Source: Candidatus Latescibacterota bacterium (GTDB taxonomy: Bacteria > Latescibacterota > UBA2968 > UBA8231). Taken from it: a DNA stretch of 64,000 nt. Below are positions 48,534 through 56,955 of this stretch, piece after piece; position 1 is the first letter of the stretch; each line of letters begins with the position of its first letter. The notes beneath the pieces are model-generated. The model ran no database searches, had not been told where the DNA came from, and saw only the letters and a program-made list of their open reading frames with translations. Made by a program: the position numbers and the translations under genes. The stretch spans positions 736,001 to 800,000 of the forward strand of contig OZ241867.1 in NCBI GenBank assembly GCA_965203175.1, in the 5' to 3' direction.

Positions 48534-49715
48534 TCAAGCCGGCCGATCGTGGATCGGCCCCGGATGGTCGCGGAGCGAGCCGCCTTGGCGGCCGGTGAGC
48601 GCGGCTTGGATTTCGCCGAGAATGGATAGGGCGATTTCCTCGGTCGTTTCAGCGCCAATGTCGAGTCCGACGGGGCTGAACAGGCGTGCGGCCTGCTCAG
48701 CGCTTGGCGCGACGCCTTCTTTCTGCAAATCGGCGAGCAGGCGCTGGGTGCGCTGATGTGGGCCGAGGACGCCCAAGTAGGCGAGGGGCGCGTCGATCAA
48801 GTCCCGCAACAGAGCTTGATCCTGTAGATAGTTGTGGCTCATGATGACGGCGCACGAGCGGTTGTCGAACTGCAGGTCCTCGGGCAGATGATCGGGCTGG
48901 GCGAGGAGGACTTGCCTAGCCCAAGGGAAGCGCTCGGCGCGGGCATAGGCGGGCCGGTGGTCGGCGACGGTGACGCGCCAACCGAGTTCGCTAGCTAACT
49001 GGGCTAGGGGCACGGCGTCGTAACCAGCGCCGAAGAGATAGAGGGCGATGGGTGGCAGCAAAGGCTCTATGAGCAGGGCGGCCTTGCCGTGCGTCAACTC
49101 GTAGTGGCGCGTGTATCCCGGGGCGATGGGCAGTCGGGTGTCGTCGAGTGTCGCGAGGATTCCACTAGCAGCGTTAAGCGCAATCTCGCGCAGCTCCAAA
49201 TCGGCGATGTCATCTCGGGCGTCTGCGGCCCCCATGCGGAGGCCGGACTGCTCCCGCTCGTCGAGGATCAGATGTTGGCCCGGCGCGGCATTCGTTGCGC
49301 CCTCGGTAGCAAAGACCGTGACGAGGACGCCGTGCCGATTCTCCAGGGCGCAGCCGTGCAAAAAGGTCGGATAATGAAACGGCGCATCTTGGGGCAGGCG
49401 CTCTAAGAGCACATCCACCGTGCCACTACAACCCAGACCAGTACCCCAGAGAATGTCGTCCTCAGAAGTGGCGTCGTAGTGCAGGAGGCGAGGTTGACCG
49501 TCGGCGAAGACAGCTTGCGCGTTTTCGCGCACATCGCCTTCGAGGCAGCCGCCGCTGATGGTGCCCAAGCTCTGAAGATCGGCTTCAATGAGCATGCGGG
49601 TGCCCGGGCCGCGATAGACCGAGCCAGAGGTCTGGACCACAGTGGCTAGAACATAAGACTCACCCGCCTCGTCGAGCACCCGGGCGCGACGGAGAATCGT
49701 CTGCAAGTCTTTCAC
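48534..49715 (-). CDS. xdhC: XdhC/CoxI-family Moco insertion chaperone
   Basis: ATVV...GSVYRGPG.RM, GTISGGCLE, GLGC.G, FGAGYDA, MSHNY and SPVGLDIGAET.EEIA. Confidence 0.9.
   Translation of the reverse strand: MKDLQTILRRARVLDEAGESYVLATVVQTSGSVYRGPGTRMLIEADLQSLGTISGGCLEGDVRENAQAVFADGQPRLLHYDATSEDDILWGTGLGCSGTVDVLLERLPQDAPFHYPTFLHGCALENRHGVLVTVFATEGATNAAPGQHLILDEREQSGLRMGAADARDDIADLELREIALNAASGILATLDDTRLPIAPGYTRHYELTHGKAALLIEPLLPPIALYLFGAGYDAVPLAQLASELGWRVTVADHRPAYARAERFPWARQVLLAQPDHLPEDLQFDNRSCAVIMSHNYLQDQALLRDLIDAPLAYLGVLGPHQRTQRLLADLQKEGVAPSAEQAARLFSPVGLDIGAETTEEIALSILGEIQAALTGRQGGSLRDHPGPIHDRPA
49224..49250 (-). repeat. 27-nt in-frame hairpin element, copy B (in xdhC)
   Basis: Sense strand GAG|CAGTCCGGCCTCCGCATGGGGGCCGCA, encoding QSGLRMGAA. 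Confidence 0.65.
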
Positions 49716-50989
49716 GGCTCAACTCCAAAGCGCCGGTACCAATCAGCCCTCGTCGGTGCGGCGGGCAGGGCTTTCGTCGGCGCAGGTGGCTCAGGCCGTC
49801 GGCGCAGGTATTGCGCAGCCGTCGCACCGCGCAGCGTCATCAGGTATCCAACGAGCGCCTTGAGACTGTCGATATTGTGGGCTGGGGCAAAGAGGTCGAT
49901 GTACGGCAAGGCGGCCTGCATCCCGCGCGTGGCGGGCCGATAATCCGGGCTGCCCAGCAAAGGGTTGAGCCAGATGAGGCAGCGGCTGCGGCGCTGCAAC
50001 GCGTGCATACTTTCTTCGAGGATCTCAATATCGCCGGTGTCCCAGCCGTCGCTGACGATCAGCAGTGCGGTCTGGTGATCAACGAGATCGGCGTGTTCGC
50101 TGAGAAAAGTCTCCAGCGCGGCCCCAATGCGCGTGCCGCCCGACCAGTCCGGCACCTGCGCGGCAATCGCATCCAAACCCGCGCTTAGGTCGTTGCCCCT
50201 CAGCAGGGGCGCGACGTGGTGTAGCGAGGTCGCAAACACAAACGTCTCGATGCGGCGATAGGCGTTTTGGAAGGCGTACATGAACTGGATCAAAAAGCGG
50301 CTGTACAGATCCATGGACTTGCTGACATCGCACAGCAAGACCAGCTTGGGCTTCTGGCGGGTGCGGCGGCAATAAGAAAGATCCAACAACTCGCCGCCTC
50401 GGCGCAGGCTGGAACGAAGGGTGCGCCGCAAGTCGAGGCGGCCCGGCGGACGCGCGGGCCGATAGCGGCGGCTGAAGCGCGTGGCGAGCGCGCGGGCAAT
50501 GGCTTGCAGCAACCGCCCGATTTCCTCCAGCTCTTCGGCGTTAAAGTCCTTAAAGTCGCGCTTTGTATGGACCTCAATGGGGCTGTATCCAGCGGCCTCG
50601 CGCTCCTCTTCGGTCGGCTCGCCCTGTTTGAGCCAATCGCGAACGCTCGTCAAACCATTCTTACCGGGACGGCTGGCACTATCCTTTTCAGAGGCAGAGG
50701 GCTCGGGCTGGGGCTGACCCAACTCGCCGGCGCGATCCCATACGGACCAATAAATATCAAAAAGCGCGTCGAACAGCTTCTGCTCGGCGGGCGTCTTGGC
50801 CAAAACCGTCCGCAGGCTTAGCCGGAAGTCCTCTGGGTCTGACAGGTCAATAGCTGCCAGGGCGCGGAGCGCGTCTTGCTCCTCGCCCAAGGCCACGCCG
50901 GCACGCTGGGCGCGCAACAGGCGACAGAAACCGACCACATTCGCGCTCAACGCGCCGTGCAATGCGATGTCGTCGATCTTGTGGTTCAT
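49712..50989 (-). CDS. coxE: vWA-domain CoxE-like protein
   Basis: LDLRRTLR, LCDVSKSM (MIDAS), WSGGTRIG, VSDGWDTG and WLNPL. Confidence 0.9.
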   Translation of the reverse strand: MNHKIDDIALHGALSANVVGFCRLLRAQRAGVALGEEQDALRALAAIDLSDPEDFRLSLRTVLAKTPAEQKLFDALFDIYWSVWDRAGELGQPQPEPSASEKDSASRPGKNGLTSVRDWLKQGEPTEEEREAAGYSPIEVHTKRDFKDFNAEELEEIGRLLQAIARALATRFSRRYRPARPPGRLDLRRTLRSSLRRGGELLDLSYCRRTRQKPKLVLLCDVSKSMDLYSRFLIQFMYAFQNAYRRIETFVFATSLHHVAPLLRGNDLSAGLDAIAAQVPDWSGGTRIGAALETFLSEHADLVDHQTALLIVSDGWDTGDIEILEESMHALQRRSRCLIWLNPLLGSPDYRPATRGMQAALPYIDLFAPAHNIDSLKALVGYLMTLRGATAAQYLRRRPEPPAPTKALPAAPTRADWYRRFGVEP

Positions 50990-51882
50990 CGTTCCGGAGC
51001 CAGCTTGGCGCGGACCCCCAATCCTTCTAAGAACTCGGCCAGCGATTGCTTCACCTGCGCCACGTCGCGTTGGTCCTTGAACACAATGCCCAAGGTATCC
51101 GCCACGACCTCGAGGTCGAGGTGGTGCTGGTGCAGGGCGACGAGGGCCTTGGCCCAGTCGAGGGTTTCGGCGACGCCGGGGACCTTTTCGAGGCGCTGCA
51201 TGCGGATCTTTTCCATGAAGCGGCAGATCTGTTCGGCGAGCTGGATGTCGATCCCATTCACCTTGCGGCGCACGATCTCCACTTCCTTGTCAAATTCCGG
51301 GTAGTCGATCCACAAGTAGAAGCAGCGGCGGCGCACGGCATCGGAAAGCTCGCGGGTGCGATTGCTAGTCAGGATTACGTGCGGCCGCGCCGCCGCGCTG
51401 ATGGTGCCGATTTCGGGGATGGTAATCTGCCAGTCGGACAGCACTTCGAGGAGAAAGCTCTCAAATTCCTCGTCGGCCCGGTCGAGTTCGTCGATCAGCA
51501 GCACCGGCGGGACGGGCTGGGTGATGGCTTGGAGCAAGGGGCGCTTGAGCAGGAAGTCCTCGGAAAAGAGGTCGGCCTCGCGCTCGGCTAGGGGGCGTTG
51601 GCTCTTCTCGTCGAGCTTGATGTGCAAAAGCTGGCGCTGGTAGTTCCACTCGTACAGCGCGGCGTGGGCATCTAGCCCCTCGTAGCACTGCAAGCGGATC
51701 AACTCGGTGTCGAGGGCGCGGGCTACGACCTTGGCGACCTCGGTTTTGCCGACGCCAGCCGGCCCCTCGATGAGCAAGGGACGCTCCAAGGTCTGAGCAA
51801 GGTACACGGACATGACAACTTGGCGATCGGCGACATACCCGTGCTCGGCGAGCATCTCTTGGATCGCGTCAGTGGTACTCAT
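50986..51882 (-). CDS. coxD: MoxR-family AAA+ ATPase CoxD
   Basis: EGPAGVGKTE, RLQCYEGLD, YEWNY, LLIDELDRAD and KVPGVAETLDW. Confidence 0.9.
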   Translation of the reverse strand: MSTTDAIQEMLAEHGYVADRQVVMSVYLAQTLERPLLIEGPAGVGKTEVAKVVARALDTELIRLQCYEGLDAHAALYEWNYQRQLLHIKLDEKSQRPLAEREADLFSEDFLLKRPLLQAITQPVPPVLLIDELDRADEEFESFLLEVLSDWQITIPEIGTISAAARPHVILTSNRTRELSDAVRRRCFYLWIDYPEFDKEVEIVRRKVNGIDIQLAEQICRFMEKIRMQRLEKVPGVAETLDWAKALVALHQHHLDLEVVADTLGIVFKDQRDVAQVKQSLAEFLEGLGVRAKLAPER

Positions 51883-52074
51883 TAAACCTCTCTCGTTGCG
51901 CAGTATAGTGTCCTATTCGCCGCCTGCAACGCTTATCACAGGCGGGTCAAGTCCCTTAATATCACGCGCCGACTTCCGTACAGCAAGAACGCGCCCGCCG
52001 CGCCTGACATTGCCCACCGCTAGGGATTCTCTATATTCTCAAGTCTCTTTAACTCCGTCTGTGGATGCCTTTGT

Positions 52075-53124
52075 ATGGCCCTTGAAACATCCGCCAAAAC
52101 CGAGTTAGTGCGCGACCTTTTGGGCCGCCCGCTGGCCTCTTTGCGCGTGTCGGTAATCGACCGCTGCGACCTGCGCTGCCAGTACTGCATGCCCGAAGAG
52201 CACTACACTTGGCTGCCGAGTGAAGATATTCTCAACGCCTCCGAGCTCGAGCGCGTAGTCGATGCCTTTTGCCAAGTTGGCGTCCGCAGCGTGCGCCTGA
52301 CCGGCGGCGAGCCGCTGTTGCGCGCCGATCTACTCGAACTCATCGCCCGACTCACACGACTACCGCTGGTCGAGGACCTAGCGCTGACGACCAATGCGAG
52401 GCGATTGGCGCACCGGGCTGAGGCGCTGCGAGAAGCCGGGCTGCGGCGGATCACCGTCAGCTTGGACTCGCTGCAATCGGCGCGCTTTGAGGCACTGACG
52501 CGGAGAGCCGCGCACGCCAAGGTCCTGGAGGGAATCCGCGCCGCCGCCGCGACTGGCTTTGACTCAATCAAAATCAACTCGGTCGTGATGCGCGGCTTCA
52601 ACGACGACGAGTTGGTGGATCTGCTCGAATTCGGACGGGAGATAGGCGCAGAGGTCCGCTTCATCGAGTACATGGACGTCGGCGGGGCCACCCACTGGTC
52701 GCTCGGAGAGGTGGTGTCGCAGCAGGAGATGCTAGCGAAGCTGGAGGCGCACTACGGCCCTATCGAGCGCGAGGCAGGGCGTGGTTCTGCACCCGCAGAG
52801 CGCTTCCGCCTGCGCGACGGCACGAGCTTTGGCATCGTCGCGTCGGTCACCGAGCCGTTTTGCGGAGCTTGTGATCGCAGCCGATTGACAGCCGACGGCC
52901 TGTGGTACTTGTGCCTCTATGCCCAGCAGGGCACTGACCTGAAGCCTTTGCTGCGCAACGGAGCGGACCGCGAGCAACTGGTGCGACACATTCGCGCGGG
53001 ATGGGCGGGACGGACGGACCGCAGCGCCGAAGAACGGCGAGAAGATCCACATCGCGGCGTGCTCTATCAAGTCGCAGAATTGCAAGCCGATCCGCACCGC
53101 GAGATGCACACCCGCGGCGGTTGA
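52075..53124 (+). CDS. moaA: GTP 3',8-cyclase
   Basis: LRVSV.DRCDLRCQYCMP, RLTGGEPL, RFIEYM, FCGACDR.R...CL and C-terminal RGG. Confidence 0.95.
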   Translation: MALETSAKTELVRDLLGRPLASLRVSVIDRCDLRCQYCMPEEHYTWLPSEDILNASELERVVDAFCQVGVRSVRLTGGEPLLRADLLELIARLTRLPLVEDLALTTNARRLAHRAEALREAGLRRITVSLDSLQSARFEALTRRAAHAKVLEGIRAAAATGFDSIKINSVVMRGFNDDELVDLLEFGREIGAEVRFIEYMDVGGATHWSLGEVVSQQEMLAKLEAHYGPIEREAGRGSAPAERFRLRDGTSFGIVASVTEPFCGACDRSRLTADGLWYLCLYAQQGTDLKPLLRNGADREQLVRHIRAGWAGRTDRSAEERREDPHRGVLYQVAELQADPHREMHTRGG

Positions 53125-53142
53125 GCCGCACCTTCCCACTAC

Positions 53143-55254
53143 ATGGATTACTTTCGCGCCAAACGCTATTTGGACGCCCTGCCCGACTGGGAGGTCGGCC
53201 GTCCAGCGCTCGGGCCAATCGAGGATTACCTGCCGAGAATGCGCTCCCTGCTGACCCGCCTCGACGATCCGCAGACGCGTTTCCGCTCAATCATTGTCGG
53301 CGGCACCAACGGCAAGGGGACGGTCGCCAGCCTACTCGCCGCTATTCTAAAGGCGCACGGACACAAGGCCGGGCTGTACACTTCGCCACATCTACACACC
53401 CAGCGCGAGCGGGTCCGCATTGACGGCGAGATCCTCAGCAAGGAACAATGGGCCGACGCCGTATCGCATCTCGACGATTGCACCCGCGACTTTGGCCGGG
53501 AGACCTTGGGTTCGTTCAGCAAGTTTGAGGCCCTGACCGGCCTCGCGGCCCATCTCTTCGCGCAACAGGATGTGGAATTCGGGGTTTTCGAGGTAGGGCT
53601 TGGGGGCCGCTACGACGCGACTAACGCTTGGGACTCGGAGCTAGCAGTTCTGACGGCCATCGGCCTAGACCACGTGGACCTGCTGGGCAATACTTTGGAA
53701 GAAATCGCCGCTGACAAGCTGCACATCGCCCGATCGGGTCGCGTACTCGTCACCACGGCGGCGCAGGCACCCGAGGTGATGGACCTAATCCGGCAGACCT
53801 GTGTAAAACAAGAAGTGAAGTTACAAATCGCCGGAACGGAATGGCCCCTAGGCCACCTAACAGGCCATCCAGCAATCTACGCGGAAAATGCGCGGCTGGC
53901 CCTTGAAGCAGCGCAGAGACTCGTCCGAAGACTAGAAGACGAGATAGCGCACCAAGCCGTGGCGTCCCATCACTGGCCGGGCCGCTTTGAAGTCGCGCAA
54001 GAAAAGCCGTTGGTCCTACTCGACGGCGCGCACAATCCAGCGGCTGCCGAGGCGTTGGCCGGAGAGTTACAGCGGCTGAGCGGAGAGCGTCCCGTCGCCA
54101 ATACCGGCGACGCATGGGTACTGCTCGTCGGCGCGGGAACAGGACACGATGCCGCAGGAATTTTGCGTGCCCTAGCGCCGGTGGCACAGCGGGTCTTGCT
54201 GACTTCGTCTGATCATCCACGAGCTCTGGCACCAGCGGTGCTAGCAGACTTGGCACCGGACGGCCTAGCCATAGAGCAGATACCTGCAAGCAGCCAAGCG
54301 CTCAAGCACGCGCGGGCGCTAGCGGGGCCCAAAGGCCGAGTCTGCGTGGCCGGGTCCCTGCACTTGGTAGCGCGGGCGCGGGAGTTTTTCAACCTGCCCG
54401 GCGAGCGCGACGGCATCACCGAAGACATGGCGCTGGAGAATCTGGAGTGCGTTGCCGAGGCGGGCCGGCGACAGGGACTCATCTGCGCGTGGATCTCGGA
54501 CGACGGCACGCGGCTCAAGCTATCGGGCGGACGGCGTCCCTTGCGCTTCTGGCGCAACAAGCACCCCTTCAACGACTACGTCGAAGCCCGCCTCGCCGAA
54601 GACAAGGCATACCAATACGAGGATTTCGCCGCCGCCGGATTGCCAGTCCCCGATACGCTCAAGCTCTTCAACCCCTTAGCCGACGCGCGCTTCGACCGCT
54701 ACAAAACGCACGCCACAGTCGCGGAAATCGTCGAAGAAGTAGTAGCGCGGTTCGAGTTCCCCCTATTGGTCAAAAAGTGCCATAGCTCACTGGCGCAGGG
54801 CGTGTTCTTGGAACACAACGCAGCAGACCTCGGCCAGCGGCTCGAAGCCCTCTTTGCCAACAGCGGCTTTTTAGACAACATCGCGCTAGTGCAGCAATAC
54901 GTAGCCGGGCCGGAATATCGGGTCGTCGCCAGCCGCAACGAACTGTTACTGGCCTATCGCAAGGAAAGCGAGGCCGTGGGCGCAGACGGAGACCTCAATC
55001 CGCTGCATCAAGCTACGGGGCGCGCCGTGCGCGTAGAAGACGCGGCCCTGCTAGCGCAAATGCAACAGCTAACCGCACAAGTGGCCGGTGTGTACTCGCT
55101 CGGTTTTTACGCCATTGACCTCATCCACGGCGCGGACGGTTTCTCCATTATCGAAATCAATCCCAACCCCATGTGCTACGCGTACAACCGCGACAACGGC
55201 CGCCGGGACTTCATTCGGCTATACGAGCGGCTGCTCACCCAATTTGCCCTGTAA
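53143..55254 (+). CDS. folC: FolC (dihydrofolate/folylpolyglutamate synthase) fused to a C-terminal ATP-grasp domain
   Basis: FolC part: GGTNGKGT, LYTSPHL, FEVGLGGRYDATN, LDH, WPGRFE, LDGAHN, AGSLHLV. ATP-grasp part: EDK...GLPVP, FPLLVK, GV, VQQYV, EYRV, IDL, IEINPNP. One uninterrupted frame. Confidence 0.85.
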   Translation: MDYFRAKRYLDALPDWEVGRPALGPIEDYLPRMRSLLTRLDDPQTRFRSIIVGGTNGKGTVASLLAAILKAHGHKAGLYTSPHLHTQRERVRIDGEILSKEQWADAVSHLDDCTRDFGRETLGSFSKFEALTGLAAHLFAQQDVEFGVFEVGLGGRYDATNAWDSELAVLTAIGLDHVDLLGNTLEEIAADKLHIARSGRVLVTTAAQAPEVMDLIRQTCVKQEVKLQIAGTEWPLGHLTGHPAIYAENARLALEAAQRLVRRLEDEIAHQAVASHHWPGRFEVAQEKPLVLLDGAHNPAAAEALAGELQRLSGERPVANTGDAWVLLVGAGTGHDAAGILRALAPVAQRVLLTSSDHPRALAPAVLADLAPDGLAIEQIPASSQALKHARALAGPKGRVCVAGSLHLVARAREFFNLPGERDGITEDMALENLECVAEAGRRQGLICAWISDDGTRLKLSGGRRPLRFWRNKHPFNDYVEARLAEDKAYQYEDFAAAGLPVPDTLKLFNPLADARFDRYKTHATVAEIVEEVVARFEFPLLVKKCHSSLAQGVFLEHNAADLGQRLEALFANSGFLDNIALVQQYVAGPEYRVVASRNELLLAYRKESEAVGADGDLNPLHQATGRAVRVEDAALLAQMQQLTAQVAGVYSLGFYAIDLIHGADGFSIIEINPNPMCYAYNRDNGRRDFIRLYERLLTQFAL
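54088..54114 (+). repeat. 27-nt in-frame hairpin element, copy C (in folC)
   Basis: Sense strand GAG|CGTCCCGTCGCCAATACCGGCGACGCA, encoding RPVANTGDA. Confidence 0.55.
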
Positions 55255-55273
55255 ACCAGCTAAGGAAATCTCA

Positions 55274-56413
55274 ATGGATATTCAGACCCGCCTCGTCCAC
55301 GCTGGCGAGGAGCGCATAAACGGTGCCGTGGTGACGCCGATCTTCCAGAGCTCGACTTTTGTTTCACCTAAGGAGGAAGAGTACCACGACATCCGCTATC
55401 TCCGCCTCAACAACACACCCAATCACCGCGCCTTGCACGCCAAATTATCCGCTGTCTGCGGCGGCGAGGACGCCTTGGTCGCCGGCTCCGGGATGGCGGC
55501 GATCACCACTGCATTGATGACCGTGCTCAACAGCGGTGATCACCTGCTGATCCAAGACTGCCTCTACGGGGGCACGCACAGCTTTGTGACGCAGGATGCG
55601 CCGGGCTTGGGGCTGAGCTACGACTTTATCGCCGGCAACGCGCCCGAGACGTGGGCCGCCAAACTCCGGCCCGAGACGCGGGCGATCTACGTGGAGACCA
55701 TGACCAACCCGCTGATGGAGGTCGCCGATTTAGAAGCGGTAGTAGCGTTTGCCCGCGAGCACGGGCTAGTCTCGCTGATCGACAATACCTTTGCCTCGCC
55801 GTGCAACTTCCGCCCGCTGGAGATCGGGTTCGACATAGAGCTACACAGCGCGACCAAGTACCTCAACGGCCATTCGGACCTCGTCGCGGGCGTAGTCGTC
55901 GGCTCGGCTGAGCACGTCAAAGCCATTAAACACAAGCTGAATCACTTGGGCGGCTCGCTGGATGTCCACGCCTGCTTTTTGTTGCAACGGGGCTTGAAAA
56001 CCTTGTCGCTAAGAATGCGGCAACACGACGAAAATGGATTGCGGCTAGCGCGCTTTTTGGCTGAGCAGGCCCAGGTGGCGAAGGTGAACTACCCAGGACT
56101 GGAGAGCCATCCGCAATACGAGCGGGCGCAGCGGCTGTTTGCCGGGGCGGGTGGAGTGTTGAGCTTTGAGTTGCACGGGGGCGTGGAGGCCGCCGAGCGG
56201 TTGCTGTCCAAGCTGGTTTTGCCAGCGTCAGCCCCCAGTCTCGGCGGGGTCGAAACCCTCATCACTCGGCCCGTCACCACGTCGCACAGCGGCTTGAGCC
56301 GAGAGGAGCTAACGGCCATAGGCATAGCCGACGGCTTGGTGCGAGTGGCGTGCGGCATTGAGGCCGCCGAGGATTTGTGCGCGGACTTTGCACAGGCGCT
56401 GGCTGAAGTGTAG
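55274..56413 (+). CDS. Cys/Met metabolism PLP enzyme (cystathionine gamma-lyase/synthase family)
   Basis: TPIFQSSTF, SGMAAI, YGGT, ETMTNP, IDNTFASP, HSATKYLNGHSD and SLGGVETL. Start at ATG 55274 after AAGGA. Confidence 0.92.
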   Translation: MDIQTRLVHAGEERINGAVVTPIFQSSTFVSPKEEEYHDIRYLRLNNTPNHRALHAKLSAVCGGEDALVAGSGMAAITTALMTVLNSGDHLLIQDCLYGGTHSFVTQDAPGLGLSYDFIAGNAPETWAAKLRPETRAIYVETMTNPLMEVADLEAVVAFAREHGLVSLIDNTFASPCNFRPLEIGFDIELHSATKYLNGHSDLVAGVVVGSAEHVKAIKHKLNHLGGSLDVHACFLLQRGLKTLSLRMRQHDENGLRLARFLAEQAQVAKVNYPGLESHPQYERAQRLFAGAGGVLSFELHGGVEAAERLLSKLVLPASAPSLGGVETLITRPVTTSHSGLSREELTAIGIADGLVRVACGIEAAEDLCADFAQALAEV

Positions 56414-56541
56414 GGTTTTGTTCATACGTCTACACAATCACAATACCGTTCTGGGGCTTATCGTTGATAGTATGTGTTTGTGTGGAAACGACAGTATATA
56501 TTTGTGTAGAAACGGCTCGGCCCACCGTAAGATTTGCTCGA

Positions 56542-56766
56542 ATGATTATACACCAACCCGCTCAAGATGTATGGCCCATGCTGACCCCTGTTGTGTTCGT
56601 CCCCCAGGCAGAGAGCGAATATCAACGGCTTGTGGCTGTACTAGACGATTTGATCGATGTAGTAGGCGAGGACGAAAATCACCCCCTAGCCTCATTAATG
56701 GAGGTTATAGGTGTGCTGGTTGAGAAATATGAAGAGGAGCACGTCCCTGAACTAATGGCAGAGTAG
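56542..56766 (+). CDS. HigA-like N-terminal domain protein without an HTH (orphan antitoxin or remnant)
   Basis: EYQRLVAVLDDLIDVVGEDENHPLASLMEVIGVLVEKYEEEH resembles the HigA N-terminal helices. Confidence 0.6.
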   Translation: MIIHQPAQDVWPMLTPVVFVPQAESEYQRLVAVLDDLIDVVGEDENHPLASLMEVIGVLVEKYEEEHVPELMAE

Positions 56767-56814
56767 TTCCGCTCTGTTATCTAATAATTCGCAAGAGAAA
56801 AGCAAATTCAATAC

Positions 56815-56883
56815 TTGATATAGAGATATTTTATGTCTATATACATACAGAGTGCTGCAAACGTGTTCATTGCAACGTGTCTA
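56815..56883 (+). promoter_or_regulatory. Sigma70-like promoter with LacI-type operator(s)
   Basis: TTGATA-N17-TATATA, then TGCAAACGTGTTCA (56856-56869) and a related adjacent site TTGCAACGTGTCTA. Confidence 0.45.
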
Positions 56884-56955
56884 TTAAGCAAGTGCCGGAT
56901 ACACTACCTAAAATCGGCCTGTTTTTACCACGTTGGATAACTTAGGAGGTCAACT

